Source: Phoronis australis
Lineage: Eukaryota; Animalia; Phoronida
Length of the DNA: 64,000 bases
Direction of reading: 5' to 3'
Assembly (NCBI GenBank): GCA_002633005.1
Contig: NMRA01000053.1
Span: forward strand, 956,711-1,020,710
Within the stretch, counting starts at the first letter, position 1. Each line of letters starts with the position of its first letter. The notes below the pieces were generated by a model. It did not search any database, was not told the DNA's origin, and saw nothing but the letters and a program-made list of their open reading frames with translations. This document shows, in pieces, positions 36,920 through 50,841 of the stretch. A program made the position numbers and the translations under genes.

Positions 36920-37984
36920 CTGAAATAAAAGAAAGAGGCAGAACCAACATTAAAATGGTTGCACTTGATTGACATCGTCGGTTCTGCTGACATCACCTAG
37001 TTGGTTTTCGACGACGCACAGACCAATCAGACGCCATAGCCGCTTTATCCGGCAAAACTAGCGAAGTCAATCAAGTGTAGTCACACGCTGTTTCCCTGCA
37101 TGTCCGCTGGGGGGTAGAAGACACCCAGATATCATTCAATTTTCGTCGGGAGTTTTTTTTACACCGGCGTTTCTGATTGGCTGATCGAATTGTCAACAGG
37201 TAGCGCCTTACATAAACAAACTGGCATCTGATGACTGATGGAGGAAGTGTGGATGTGCATGGATATTAGTTTGTGGTCTGTTGTGACAGGCAATTCGGTG
37301 CTTAATTGGGATATGTTCAAAAATGTAAATCGTAAAGTTGGGGTTGCTCCTTTTCTGTGTGCATTTTTCTCCTATCACTGACTTTTGTTTACGTTGCTGC
37401 CCTGTGTTCACACAGTATGAATAACACACCGTTATATTGGCCTCGCGGCTATCAAACCTTACTGCAGAAACAAAACATTTGCAGTAGAGGGAACATTTAG
37501 TTCCCAAAGATGTTGACAAAGCTAAAAATTGTTCACACTCCACCATTTTTTTCTTTGTTGCAAAGATAACGAATGACTACCAAGATTACATCAACCAGTT
37601 ATAAAACGTGTGCGTCTGAATGATACCTGCGTGTCTCAAGTTCAACTACCTAGCGCACACGCAGGAAATCAGCGACTCGGAGGTGTAGTCAATGCTTTAA
37701 ACTTATAACCGGCGAACATGCATGACAAATATTGGATATTTCAGTGGTGTCATTACTTTATAATGGTCCAAACCGTAATAAAGACTTTCACTAGACACGC
37801 ATATATGTTGGGGTGATAACATGTGACTGAGACATGTTTGCGTCATAACAACTACTCTATCATTGTCACACCGCCAGTGTAGACCTACCTGCATGGGTAT
37901 TGATATTAATTTCCTCATTTCGTGTCACACTGATTAAAAGGATATCGGACAATTTCTAGAATTATCAGAATTGTGACACAGCAC

Positions 37985-38096
37985 CTGGGTTGTTTCCGTT
38001 TTGCATCTGTGCGTTCCAGCGAAAAAAGAACTTCCGTCGTCTGCGCACTGATTGACGTCATAATCATCCAAGCTGATATGAACCCCGACAGCGCCT
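37985..38096 (-). CDS. GPR158-like: GPR158/179-like receptor, coding exon 2 (not in this frame in the ORF track)
   Basis: (K)GAVGVHISLDDYDVNQCADDGSSFFAGTHRCKTETTQ, matching recalled GPR158 GVMKVDINLQKVDIDQC..FSGTHKC. Phase 2 to 0; weak donor gtgctg. Confidence 0.9.
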
Positions 38097-39691
38097 CTGA
38101 AATTAGAGAAACATTTATGTAACTAGAATGATATATCACCGTTCTTAACTACCAGAGATGGCTATAAGGCACTAAATAAATACTGTAATTTGTTTTGCCT
38201 CCAATGTCCGTTACATTTTCTGAAGCGAAATCACAAATGAGATTTTTGTAACTCCAGTCTGGCAACGCTTTCTAAAATACCAAACGCATCCGACAACAGT
38301 ATTCATTAACACCATTTGACCTTAGGAACAAGCGCTGGTCTAATTTCTATCCTGTATTGGGCCACACACGGATTCAATCAAGTAGATTTACTACTTTGCC
38401 CTCCATGAGTAGTTGTCGCGCATGACACTCATTGAAAAACGAATGCGTTGCTTTCGTGTTCCATGTTCTCTCACTACTAATAGGAGCCTGAGGGAACTTT
38501 ACTACGTCTGACAGGGAGGTGTCAGTTGGACATTATGATATCCACCGTTCTTGAGAGTTGACAAAAAGAAGAAACTTTCATGAAGCGCCACCCTTTGGTG
38601 GAGTTTTTTGTGAAGCAGTCCAATAGCAGGCTGCAAACGCTTCTGTAGAATTCGTAACGAATCGAAAAAGGCGTGGAAAGACGCAAGCCCCATAATACAC
38701 CAGTAATTATATATACTGCTGGAAAAGGGAGGAAGGGGGGAAAGGTGGCGGGTGTAGCCATCGCAACATGCCCCCCACGGGGATTTTTACAAGGATTACA
38801 CAGTCCAACAAGTAAAATTCCATTTTGTCACATTTCTCCACAAAGATCAAAATTTTATAGCTTTGTAGTGTGTAGATGACATTGAACAGCGTTCGATAAA
38901 TTTACCATTATCTGCAATAAGGTAAACAGCATTTGAAAAAAATGAAAAGAAAACAACTTCAGTCATTATTTTTGTGCGATACAAGTGGAGAATTGCCGTA
39001 CTCATTACAAAAGACGCCACCGTTCAGTTCGTTTGCTATTTTAGGACACTGGCTTACAGTCGGATATGTTCTGCGGTAAGAATTATCGTTGCTGTGTGTA
39101 TTTTTGACTACCCATTGACTGAACGATGACGTTGGACGCGATCGATGCTATGTTATATAGACAATATCAAAAATAGCAGTTGCTTCTTGGTAAACCAGTC
39201 GGTGGTGCGTATTTTTAGTTGCTCACTTTTTGAAAAAATCCAACGGAGGCCGGTGAACGCATTTTTACCAGCTTTGATGTATGGCCACGGTCTTCGCGCC
39301 TAATTCAGGGGTCGATATATAATCTCAATCTAGTAACTTGAATGCTTACGACAAATCTGATTACGATTTGACCGACTTCGGTATAAAAAGGACCCTCGCG
39401 ATTGGATGTTGTATTTTTGTTATAGAATCATTTCACTCTTGTCCGCTCAGAATCCAAACGAAAACAAATTCATCAATGACCTCCTTTTCAACAGAGCAGT
39501 GATTTGATTAAACCTTTTTAGAGTCTCAGAAGCCATTGTTCGAATGATGCATAAGGGAATTTCCATTAGTCTCATTCCTCGCGGTCATTGAAGACTCAGT
39601 CTAAACTATTGTCAATTATTCTGCTCATAGTTAAGTAGTAATTCTATTTATTTCCTGGCGGCTCTAAAAATCCTCAAAAAAATAGCATAAA

Positions 39692-39846
39692 CAGTGGCGG
39701 ATTTAGATGAGGCCAAAGGGGCCATGCCCCCCTAAAATTCTCCAAGATTCCATTTGGCAGTTCGGGAGTGCAAATATCTGACGGGCAAAATCCTGGCTAA
39801 TACTCTGCCCTGTCTCCCCCCAGCTCAAATCCTGGATCCGACCCTG
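39692..39846. mobile_element. GC-rich MITE, sister of 33684-33839
   Basis: cagtggcggattt...ggatccgaccctg; flanks ataaa/atgaa. Confidence 0.75.
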
Positions 39847-40607
39847 ATGAAGACAACATGGCAGCCTGCAGGATAAGATTTGGGTCAGCGCTGCGCATTA
39901 AAGGGGTCAATCTACTAAAATGCCGTATTGGTTCCTAGTTTAAAAAACATCTTTTCATAGATTCTAAACGGAGATTTGCGCCAAAAGCTTAAAATAATGT
40001 GACTTTCGTCTTGTTTAGCTTGATAGATACCGAACTGGGTAGGCCTTTTACTGTTACAAAATCGTACTGGGAGTTCAGTTCCGTTAGCAACTCAACGCAC
40101 AGACATCGCCTACAATGCGGCATTTTAAAATTCGCAGTTTTTGTCTTGGCCAACTCCAATAAGATATGAGACGTGTTTTCTTGGACCGCCAACAGTTTCG
40201 CTGTCTTTGTTGGTAACAGAAATAGAATTCATTATCACCGTAAGGAATAATGTGAGACCAGTTTTATGAGATAAATAGGACTAATTTGATGGGAGAAATG
40301 CTTCAAGACTGGTCGCAAGTCTCCGTTTAGATTTTATGAAAAGAAACTGTTGCTAAGTTACGACATTTTAGTGAAATAGGCCCTAGTGCAGTATACGCTG
40401 AATGTGGCCTTATAAGGGTGCTGCCATTACCAAGCGCTATCAATGTAGCATGCACGCACGCAGGGGGCTCCCCCCTCCTTGGCGAAGCGGCCAAAAAGGT
40501 CCGCCTCAGAGAATCAAAAATTCCGAAAACATGTCGAAAACGAGACTAAGGTCCACTAAAAAGGCAGGAACTACCAAGATGCGGCGAATGTACAATTCAT
40601 AGCTCTG

Positions 40608-41067
40608 CATAGGCGGATTTAGGGGGGGGNACAAATTTGTTAAGAACCGTTTGCACAAAATATAAAACGTGTAATAAGCGTTACAAAAAGAAGTAGGTTT
40701 CGCGCGCAAACGCTGTGGACTATAAACAAGTAGGTCTCTAAGTATAGTATCAGCAGTTAAGGCGTGGTGGTGTAGTGGTAAAGCATGCGCTCTCTAATCA
40801 CCAGGTTGTGAGTTGAGTCCCTTGTATCTTACAGTTTTCTGTTTGACACGTTCTACGTTTTTTTTCGCCTTTTTTCTTGGATAACACTTCAGGAATCAAA
40901 GAAAATGCTTGATTTTTAAAGAAAAAAACAGAAAAATTTCCTTGGGCGGGAGGGGGGCAAACCCCCCACCATTCGGTGCTATGCGCATATACAAACGTGG
41001 TTTGCGCAAATGCTTACAGCCGGACAAAATGTTGGCTCCCCCTTGCGATATCCTAGATCCGCCACTG
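40608..41067. mobile_element. MITE with 5-bp TSD CTCTG, containing a tRNA-like segment
   Basis: ctctg|cataggcggattt ... agatccgccactg|ctctg. Internal tggtgtagtgg (A box) and gagttgagtcc (B-box-like) at ~40761-40830. Confidence 0.7.
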
Positions 41068-44000
41068 CTCTGAACGTGCCTAGTGAATCTTAATGAAAGG
41101 TCCTCATTCACAAAAACTCGAGCCCCCATTTTGTGGACTGGGTGCGCGCATGTGTACTATTACAAGTAACTGGAAATTACTGAGGTGCCCACTCCATGTT
41201 CTTACTGAAAGAATCTGTCTTCGTTGCTTCGTTATTTGACGCCACGCTACGACGAATCACGAGGAAGAAGAGAGTGGAGTCCACTAGTCCTCCTTATTTG
41301 GAACTAATGTCTAGGCTTTCTATTACAATACACTCTAGCACTAAAGCATAATGATATTGGAGAAAAGAAAAACCGAAAAAGTTCGCATCAATTCGTGAAA
41401 CTAGAGACTCTAAGTCTGAAACAAGCTCCAATTTTAATAAGAGGATATTTTCAAATTTGAAGCTATAAATTGACAGGGTCCGCTTTGTTACATGTTACAA
41501 GCGGTAAATTCTACTTTAACCACAAGTACCAGCGAAAGGTTTCTGCAGCGTGGCATTGGACACTTCACAAATACAGGTAGCAACCTCTGTTGTGTAGATG
41601 GCTTCAGTGAGAAACAATGAAACATGTCCGGTGTGTGCGCATGCGCGCGGGCGCAAATGTCTTTATCACAGCGTTCGATAGATGCGCTTTGCCAAAGGAA
41701 CAGGGTTAGACACGGTACGTGAGCAAATGTACTACGTAAAATGCAACGTTTAATTAAGTCGGAAGTGCAACACCTCGGTTGGCAATCACCTCCTCGAGGT
41801 ACCTCCTTTATCCCATACACAAACAATTAAGGGAATCAAGAAATGCCATCAAAACTGGAAATCCCAACTGTACGTCGAGGAGATTACAAAGAGGTAAATG
41901 CTAAGCTGTGGGCGAACACGACTCCGATCGGTACGGCGCTAGAAAGTAGCTTAAAGGATGAAATCGATTCTCAGACTAATACCTTTTCAAATATCCGCTA
42001 CCTGTCCGCACAAAGTGGTCTTGAATCGCAAACAGTTTATCATGGCAGCAATCTTGTGCAAGCTTGAATGATTATTTTACATTTTATTCGTTCTCAAAGT
42101 CAAAAAATCATTCTTTGAAATGTATAGCGATAATTATCGATGCACGAGGACCGAAAAAGCATAAGATCAAGGCTCCATATAAACAGATTTACATGATTTT
42201 AGGCAACTAGACAATAAAAGGTTATGAATGTGTGTTTGCAAATACGCCAAAATTCTAGATCAATTCGACAAGTCTTCGTGTTCGAATACGTCAAAATTTA
42301 CGCCATATTGAAGTAAGAGAAAGTTTACCTCGTTTTCCCGATTTGCTTGCAATATTTGAGTGCTACTTGAATAAACCCGGCACGAGGAATGTTATCAATC
42401 AAATTTTATGATCACGAATTTTCATCGATCAGGCTGTGGACTGTTACAGTCAAATACAGCCTGCCTCTCTCTGAAATCCTAATCTTTTTGCGTCACTTGC
42501 CTGTGATTAATTTAAACGAGATGTGCGTTTCCGATCTGAGCCACATTCTCATCGTGGTATTATGGTTCACTCGTACGGCAACGGACGTATGTGAACACCC
42601 CAAACGAGAACCAATGATCACTGTTAAAACACCCGGATAATTTCTTACCCTCAATGCCATCCGGAATAAAATTTAGTCGTGACAGCAAAGGAGTCTGGTC
42701 ACGACGGTTTCAGGCTATCAGGTCTGAAAAATCGTACATGAAGGTCATTCCCAGTCAGTGTTAGTTTGCCTTGTGATATATGCTGCTCGTTTAAAGCCTG
42801 TTGGGTGAATCTGACGGTTTTTGAGAGTCACGTGACTTGCTTTACTGAATGAAGGAAACCCCGTCAGTTGGTCATTGTTGAAAAAAATCTGTTGGAAAGA
42901 ACAATCGTATTTGTCTGTCAATACACAGTAGCGGTTGCACGATGAAATACAAGCATGACCAAGGTTGCAGCATTTCACAGACCCGAGAGAAGCAACAAAC
43001 GCATCTCCATATGAGCGTAGGCAAAACTCACAGGGGAGATTATGTCTACCGCGGACAAAATTTTACGTTAGTGTTGCTGTAGGACTACATGAGTCCACAC
43101 AAAAGAACAAGCCAGTCACGTTGTACCTGTGTTAAGACCAACTTCAGGGTTCACATAATGCATTTGGAATAGTTAGCACAGGCCCTGGCGTGGGAATTCA
43201 GACTTCAGAAAGAACGCTTGGCCCGTGGTTAATGCACTATTTCCTAGTGACAGGTATCATTTGCTCGAAAATTATGTAGCCTAAAGTTCCAGGAAGACAT
43301 TTGCGTAAAGAAAAACAGCAACACACACGTGCGGGGCACGTGCCAAATACCGATGAAGTTCTATAGAAATAGTACAACATATAGTAAAACCAGCTGTTAC
43401 ATCTCAAAATATAATATCAGAGTCTCCCAATATTTGGCTTTACAACGTACGCACTACTCTAAGTTCACTCCACAAACGGATTGGGGGGAGGTGGCTCCTA
43501 CTGCGAAGCGAAAGAAGAAAAGACGTTTTCAATGCTTGGGGGTGATTTTTTCTTAGGGAATTGTGGTTGGGTCCCCTTGACGACGTCTTAGACCTGCCAG
43601 TGCATTCGCAAGAACACAGAATATTTCATTTATCTCTTCATAATGGAGAATACTCTTTGTTGAACAATATTTCGTTTTTACATGGAATACCATAATACTG
43701 TAGCCGTTTTACAAATGAAATGTTTTCAATAGCCCACCTATTTTGAGGTCAGTCGTTCAGATCCAGCTCAATTTTAAACCAGGCAAAAGAGGCATTGTTT
43801 TACCGAAAGCATTCAGCAGAAATCAGAAATAGACCGACGCAGCATGCAATTTTCAAGAAGCAAGACCTTGCTATTTTACTGCGTCACTCGACGAATTATG
43901 ATTATCCCAAAGTTGAATACGTGTATAAGTTTAGCGCATGATAGTAATCATGCATCTCGTATTTCTCATTTTCACAAGAATCATCGCCTCTCCGGCGCAC

Positions 44001-44384
44001 TGAAATTGTTTTAGACAGCGGTGAACGAATACACTCTGGTGACGAAGCCAATATGCAAATCGATGTAAGTTGAGTACGTTACAGCAAGATGTGGTATGTA
44101 ATTACATGTACGGTTAATCACTTTTCGCGGAACGGGAGCAACACTTGCGCATATAACTCATCTTTGAATGTGATGTTTTTCATTATCCCGAGTAGACAGA
44201 AAGAGGACATGCTCATTGCCGATGTTCTCAGCGCACCTCCACAATCCGATTTATCCCATAGCATTCCCAGTACTAGCATGTTCGGCAGCGTTGTTTCGAG
44301 TTTATTGATTGTTGGATAGTGGACACAGTTAATGAGGATGAACGTTCGCAGCAAAGGTATAATTTATTTCGATTTTAAAATATT

Positions 44385-44590
44385 CTTATTCGTCTTCGTC
44401 CATGAAGTCATTGTCACAGACACCATGCATGTGACAGTCTTCAACGTACACCCATCCTTTCACCGTCACTCGAACCACCATCAATACCCTGACCATCACC
44501 ACAACCATCACCACCGCCATCAACACTATCGCCATCGTCAACCTCATTATCTGCTCATCCAAGTCATCATTGTTCTTAACGTTATCGTTT
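44385..44590. repeat. Degenerate (CAT/CAC)n low-complexity tract
   Basis: caccatcaccaccgccatcaac...; produces spurious His-rich and Val/Met-rich ORFs. Confidence 0.7.
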
Positions 44591-45169
44591 CTACTGACTG
44601 TCTTTACAATGCGTCGGATGTCCACAATTTGTACATAAATAGTTAAGTTTGTGTTCTGAACCTGAAAGAGTTCATTAAAACCCCATCGTCATGTTTAAAT
44701 TAAGACGCACACGAAGATAATTTGACAACTCTGGAGTGCCGTCCTGAAATATAAATCAATAATCCTGACACAGAGGATTGACGTTTCTTACTATATTGCA
44801 TTGTAACGATTAGGCGAGAAAGATTGTTTGTAGACATACCGTGTAAACAAAGTAACCCACCACAAGGTTTAATGTTGAAAATGTTTAGTTGGAGAGGCCG
44901 AATTTCGTTAAAGAAAAAACGTGGCCAATGCAAAGCAGCAACTGAATCTATTGTACTTTCAAACCGAGCGATCTTTTTGAAAGCGGTTTTGGTCAATTTG
45001 GCATATTTTGGTTGCCCCGCAATGTATTTTGAAACTTTTAGGCAATTACAAGGAAAACGATTTACGGTTATGTAAGGAACCTCAGTAGAAAAATGTCCAA
45101 ATTTGGCTAATTACGGAACTCGATATTTCAAAAATGGTAATCATATCAAACTTTCGCTAATATGATTTA

Positions 45170-45530
45170 TGCACCATTCTCCAAAACAGAATCAGGAATT
45201 GTTTTCAATATGGTCCGTTTTTTGAATGAGGGGCTATCAAAAATAGGACTTTTATAAAGAAACTTGAAAGTCGCATTTAACGAAAAACAAAAATATATTT
45301 TAGAAAATGTAACATTGTTTTTGAGACCTCATCTTCAACATTTATTATACATGTATAAAATAAAAATTGGTCATGACGTGTACTTTCCTTTTTTGCAAAA
45401 TTTTACCACAACACATGGTCATCAGACCCAATTAATTACCAAATGATAATAGTAGGAAATAAAGTGTTACAGGATTTTTACTTTAAGGAAGTATGAACTT
45501 TTACTGAATTAAAATCTATACTTTTGTTGA
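45170..45530. repeat. Dispersed repeat homologous to ~28430-28800
   Basis: Shared gaatgagggg(c/g)c(c/t)atcaaaa...gaaagtcgcatt...tttagaaaa...gtaaca blocks. Confidence 0.6.
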
Positions 45531-46459
45531 CATTCAGGAAAATGCACGGACTTATCAATAAGGTAGTGTAACAAGTGTGACGCTGCAGCGTATTTTGCAC
45601 CGGAACAATATGTCTGACCGGCTGAATCACTGTTCTATTCGATTCTTACATCGTATATCTGCTTCTGGCATCATTGTTCGAGTCAAAGGCAAACAGATGT
45701 TATGTAGCAGTGCTGGTACTCAATTTATCCGATGATCTAGGTGCGTTGAGCACAGTTATCAGAACTGAAAACGAAGGAACATAGCGGCTGAGTACTCGGA
45801 CAGGTTGACGTAATCAGAATTTACTCACTCAGTCACCATTTCCGATTTCAGGAACAGTTGTTTTTATTAGCACCATTTTGTAAAAATTGATTGAAAAGCT
45901 TCAAAACACCCTTTGTATAAATAAAGAGGCCTTAAAAAGGAGACATTTTCCTAAGTTTGCTTAATAATAACGTGAAAAAGAAACTTGGTGACCCGGCACG
46001 CAGGAAATTTGTTCCAGTTTCGACCACGAGAGTGGCGCTGTGACATAGGGTGGTTCAGACTCCAGCGACAAATGTTGTTAATCATGTCTTCTACTGGCTT
46101 TGGCAATAAACAGGAAGTATATTTCCAAAACTGGCATTTCTCTCTCATTTAAAATTCCCTCTGGTATCCAGTGTATAGAATGTCCCAACTAATGGGATAA
46201 ATGATAAATATGGCACATTGGTCCCAGCAATGTTTAACAAAATACCCTGAAATTTGAAAAACAAAAAAATGATTTTATTGGAAAATATGGTGTATTTGAA
46301 TACGAGAAATTACAAGGTTTCTTTTGTAAGGACATACGTTGAACAAAATTCACAACTGATTACACTAAAGAGAAACGGCGATTTTCAAATTCTGAACAGC
46401 TGACTCTCACGTGCTATCCGCAGAATGGCCAAATCTCTTTCATCTAGTGCTTAGTGCGT

Positions 46460-46761
46460 GCAAATACACGTAGAACACTTTCCCATTGCAGAAAGCCTAG
46501 AAGCAGATCGCATTTAATTGTCCTTCACCTTGGCGCATCAACTTTGTCGAAAACACATCGACATAAACCTGGTACTCTACGCAACTGGTTGCGCTTGGTG
46601 ACAAAGTTCAATTCTTTTTTGCACCAAGAGCGAACTATAGAGGACTTCTGTAACTTCTACGCTCAGCAAAGCAAACTTTTGAAAACCATTTGTTCCCAGT
46701 AAAACCATACCTTCATATTAATATATAAGAAATTTTTGTTTACGTTTTTGACACCCTGTAT
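46460..46761 (-). mobile_element. Decayed Tc1/mariner-like (DUF4817-type) transposon end
   Basis: Minus strand starts TA-CAGGGTGTC. A disrupted frame reads FDKVDAPR*RTIK...F..ESV, resembling the F..APS..TI...F..GSV N-terminal motif. Confidence 0.35.
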
Positions 46762-47746
46762 TTACATTCATCTGTGATGTAGTGAATTGGCAATTGGTGT
46801 TTAAAGGAGACTTAACGAAGTCTTTCCCCTGGTGACGAAGGTATGCAGTAACTCAATAAATAATTATGGGGATATTTTATTTGATTTGTCAGCCAAGATC
46901 AGCTCGCCAATTTCACCCGAGGTTTAGCTGATAATACTGCATGTATACTCGGAAAGCCACGTAACTACGCCAACGTAAGAAAAAATAGTCAAAATCGAGT
47001 GTCGAATTCTTTCCGAACTTCCAGATCGTTTATTTTTTAATTTGAAACTAAAAGAAAAATAATATGCCATCAACAGAAATTCAAAATGTTTACGAAAAAA
47101 CCGTAAAATTTCTAGGGAACAGTTTGACTTCGTCTTCTGTGGCAGAGAACGACTTTTGAATAATATAAGCGCTCTGTGCCACTTTAAATCGGCTACTAAT
47201 CCGAGTCCCGTCTAAGAAGCGATTTTTTTATTTAGTCCACTTGCCGCTATGACATCGGTCTCTACCTGACCCTAACTCAGATAAGAAGTGAATTTTGATA
47301 GTGAAAATATCTAATAATTCGTTATTCATTGAGACCATACTAGGGGCATAAAACAGCACGCGATAACAAGCCAACCAGTAGCCGGAGCTTCGTCTCAAGA
47401 CAGTTGTTTCGAAGCATTGAAGTCACACCAAGTTTGACCACAGAAAAATTTGACACCAGTTTCATTGCAGTAAGAGGTCTCAATATCAAAATTCGGTTTT
47501 CGGGAAGTCGGGTTACATCTTCTTTAATCTTGTTGCCAACTCGAGACAAGGCGACTACGCGTGGTACGAACGTAACACAACAGCTAGGCCTACACGAATC
47601 CGGTAGACACGAATCCTGTCGTTATTATAAGTACTCACAGACACTGGAACCTGGCAGAGTCGAAACAATTACGCAACTGTACACAACATATTAACCTGTG
47701 CGATATTTTGAAAATGCACGGACAGACGAGTAATTGTAGCTACCAG

Positions 47747-48045
47747 TGGTCTGTTGCATGAAAAGTGATGTCTAAGTCTTAAAAACAAACTAAGTCAGAA
47801 ATTTGGTCTATGACTTACGCTCCACACAACTATTTCTGAAAAATTATTAAACCTCATTTGTGCAAAAGTCCAAAGTCTCTGATAATATACACGCAACTGC
47901 TGTTTAATGAGATAAGTTCTATATATAATGTCTATACGGTGATGCGCTCGGAATTACTCGGCTGAATCTTTTTCCGCAACTCCTAAGTGGGAGCGTAATA
48001 CCAAGTTCCTGTATAAGTCTTAAGTCACTTCCATGAAACAGGTCC
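47747..48045. mobile_element. PIF/Harbinger-like MITE, CAG TSD
   Basis: cag|tggtctgttgcatg ... catgaaacaggtcc|cag. Confidence 0.6.
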
Positions 48046-49009
48046 CAGGTGTTTTATTTGAAATGCAGAAGTGGCAAATTCGTGAATAAATTTTTCATCT
48101 CACACTGAGTTTTAAAATTGCACTCCTGTATACGAGTTATAAACGGGCGATTCTCAATGCCGTGTAAAGCAACAGTAACCCTGAATTCATTCCAAAACCA
48201 TCTTCATGTAAATGGCTATCGATCGGTTATATCGGAGGTTATAGAACACTTGAACACAGGGGACGTTCTTGGGATTACCGAAAAACGCACACTGTGTGCT
48301 ACATCACAAGAAAAGGTACTAATTCATAGTGCCTGAACACTCACCAATCGGCAAATTCCGTGTGGTAGAATCTCGCTTTTATTGATTTTCAAATAGTTAA
48401 GAAATCTCGCCCTAAATGAAAACCCTTTCAAATCCTCACTTGGTCGATCGCGTTGTTACCACTAAGAAATCATATGCCCGGCTTAAACATGCTTGGATTA
48501 TAATTGCTATATCTTTCATTTATCTTAATAGATTAACTGTTTCTTGAAAATGTGTGCAGATATCTAATAGATATTAGATATGGACGAACGGAATAGGACG
48601 TGCACACCACTGACGCACGTTTCACATTTCTGGCACAGAGTTCTAGTTGTAACAAAATCCTTCCAGCAAAATTGCGTCTGTTCATTTTCCATTAACCACA
48701 CTTTTTTAGTGATGGCTCCATGTTCTCGATACAAACCATGTTTTAATTCATGAGGTGCTTTTACTTGAATAATAATTTAATCGCTGTACTCCAAACTAAA
48801 TGTGACCAATGGTACGTTTCAGTCGAGTAAACTTACAAATGTGCACTCGAATCATGCCATATGATTGGTTAATTTCATTAGGCGCTACATTGAATTTCTC
48901 TTGGGTAACTACGAGTACTTTTTACCGGTTTAGATTACAATAGACACTTACTACAGCACAGCAAGATTAAAAACCGGACGATCGTCGCACAAATAAAAAA
49001 GTTCATGTT

Positions 49010-49050
49010 CAATCAACGTGTCGTCTATTCATTAGACATCATCAGGATCA
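49010..49050 (-). ncRNA. Minimal type I hammerhead ribozyme motif with core substitution
   Basis: Minus strand reads tgatc-CTGATGA-t-GTCTA-atgaa-TAGAC-GACAC-GTT-gattg. Perfect stem II, wobble stem I; GAAA changed to GACA. Confidence 0.5.
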
Positions 49051-49139
49051 TATTTACAACAATTTATGACAGCAAGTGCCAACATACAGCAACTGGAATT
49101 TAATGACAATCTTCTTTCAATTTTGGCACCTTCCGTTCT

Positions 49140-49800
49140 ATTTTTGCGAACTCAAGACAAGTGCCTGTTATTCAGCGTTCGAGTACTTACCTACAGACCA
49201 ATAAGATCGAGTCTGAACGCGAATTCAGTGTCGAGTTTTTACCAAGTATCAAGTACAAACATCTCATACGCGTATATCATAACACACTCGAGCAGAGAAT
49301 AATAGACATCTATCTTGAATTCAGGCAAAAGCAGAACAGAAAATGTCAAAAATAATGTCAGGTTCGATGGTGTGTACAAGTATTACACACCGGGATCTGG
49401 GCCCGGTCTCCAATCTTTTTACTCGAAATCAAACTCGAAATTAGGTTTGGCTTTCTACTCTACTTTTGGGCGAACTCAAGATAAGTGTCTATTGTTCTAT
49501 GCTCGAGTACACAATAACTTACGTAGACAATTTATTGCCCTTAGTTCACAGTTTGTAAACCCAATATCAAAGCAATAAGTTCGAGTTTGAAATCGAAATT
49601 TCGAGTTTTTACTCGAGTTTGTAGCACGAATATAATTAGGGTCTTCAAGGGCAAACTTGAACTAGAAACTCTTATGCATAAACTATAATGTATTCGAGCA
49701 CAGTCTGATAACCTATTATCTTAAGTTCGCACAAAAGGAGCAGAGAAATTACCAAAAATAGTTTCGAGTTCGTTTCGAGTACAAAGATTAGAGACCGGCC
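49140..49800. repeat. CTCGAG/CTCAAG-rich dispersed repeat with internal duplication
   Basis: gcgaactcaaga(c/t)aagtg(c/t)ct...tcgagtac at 49146 and 49470; related text at ~33080 and 10980-11310. Confidence 0.55.
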
Positions 49801-50841
49801 CTGGTCTCTTCGCACTATCACTGAGAATTGAAGATACACAACCGCAAAATAGGAAAAGAGCACGGAGCTTGAAAACTTAACAAACGAACAGGTACTTGGC
49901 AACCATTCCACTTGAAAAGGCGAGCGCAGATTTTCAGTCAAAATAAATTTCAGGGTTTGTCTAAAAATGTGATGTCAACGTCCTTACTACATGGCACATC
50001 AGCAAGATTGCAACAAGAATGGATTCCATTGTTTCTGTCAGTTTTTGAATAACATTCATGTATAAATAAAAGGGTCAAATTGCCGTATTTAAGTACGGGT
50101 CTGAATAATCAATCCGCCCTCGTGACCTGCCTGCCTTGTTCGCGTTACATCCTGACGCGAACATTCATTTTCACAAAACATTATCCTGTTACATAAAAGA
50201 TTTAGCGCGTTAATGAGTCAAGCCTACACGCGTTAACGTGCAAAACCAGTACGCATCAACCATGACAGTTTTGGAATTCTATACCAGTTGCATGGTACGC
50301 TTCGAGTAAACATACAAATGTTTACTCAAATAATGCGTAATGATTGGTTAAGTTTCGAGTCGGAGTCGAGTTCGAGTTCGGAGATTAGATCTTGGACCCA
50401 GATATCAAGTAAGGTGAGAAAAGTTAAAAAGTCATACAATGAGCACAACTTGGGTACCACTACAAGATTTGCCAAGTGGAAAAATAATGATGACGAAACG
50501 ATCTGAAATAAGAAGCTGGGGGTAGCAAATTTGCTTCAAACAAGTTATTTTATTAAAGACAGCAGTTGAAATGTTTACTAACACATTAAAAAGAACGGCT
50601 CAAGATATTTGACGTAAGACTTTCTGAAAAGCTCGTGAGTACAAATTCTGTACAAGTTTCCAGCGATTTTATCTCGTATCTCAACTTTTCTTAATAGATG
50701 TGCTCGTGAGATTGAGACTCAACCATAACACATCGATATATTATTTGAGACCAGGCGTCAAATGCGTTTATAAACGCAATGCACTTTTCTAACAAATTAG
50801 TTGTCTCTTCAAATAATCAATGAGAACGCTAATATACTTAC

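Noticed and set aside
37915-38139. 74-aa ORF ending ...FNQCDTK as the missing GPCR exon
   Set aside because: The correct exon is in another frame (DVNQC...FAGTHRC) with matching splice phases.
44332-44646. His-rich and Val/Met-rich ORFs (also 57357-57617, 60668-60985, 31519-31858)
   Set aside because: By-products of microsatellite or low-complexity tracts.
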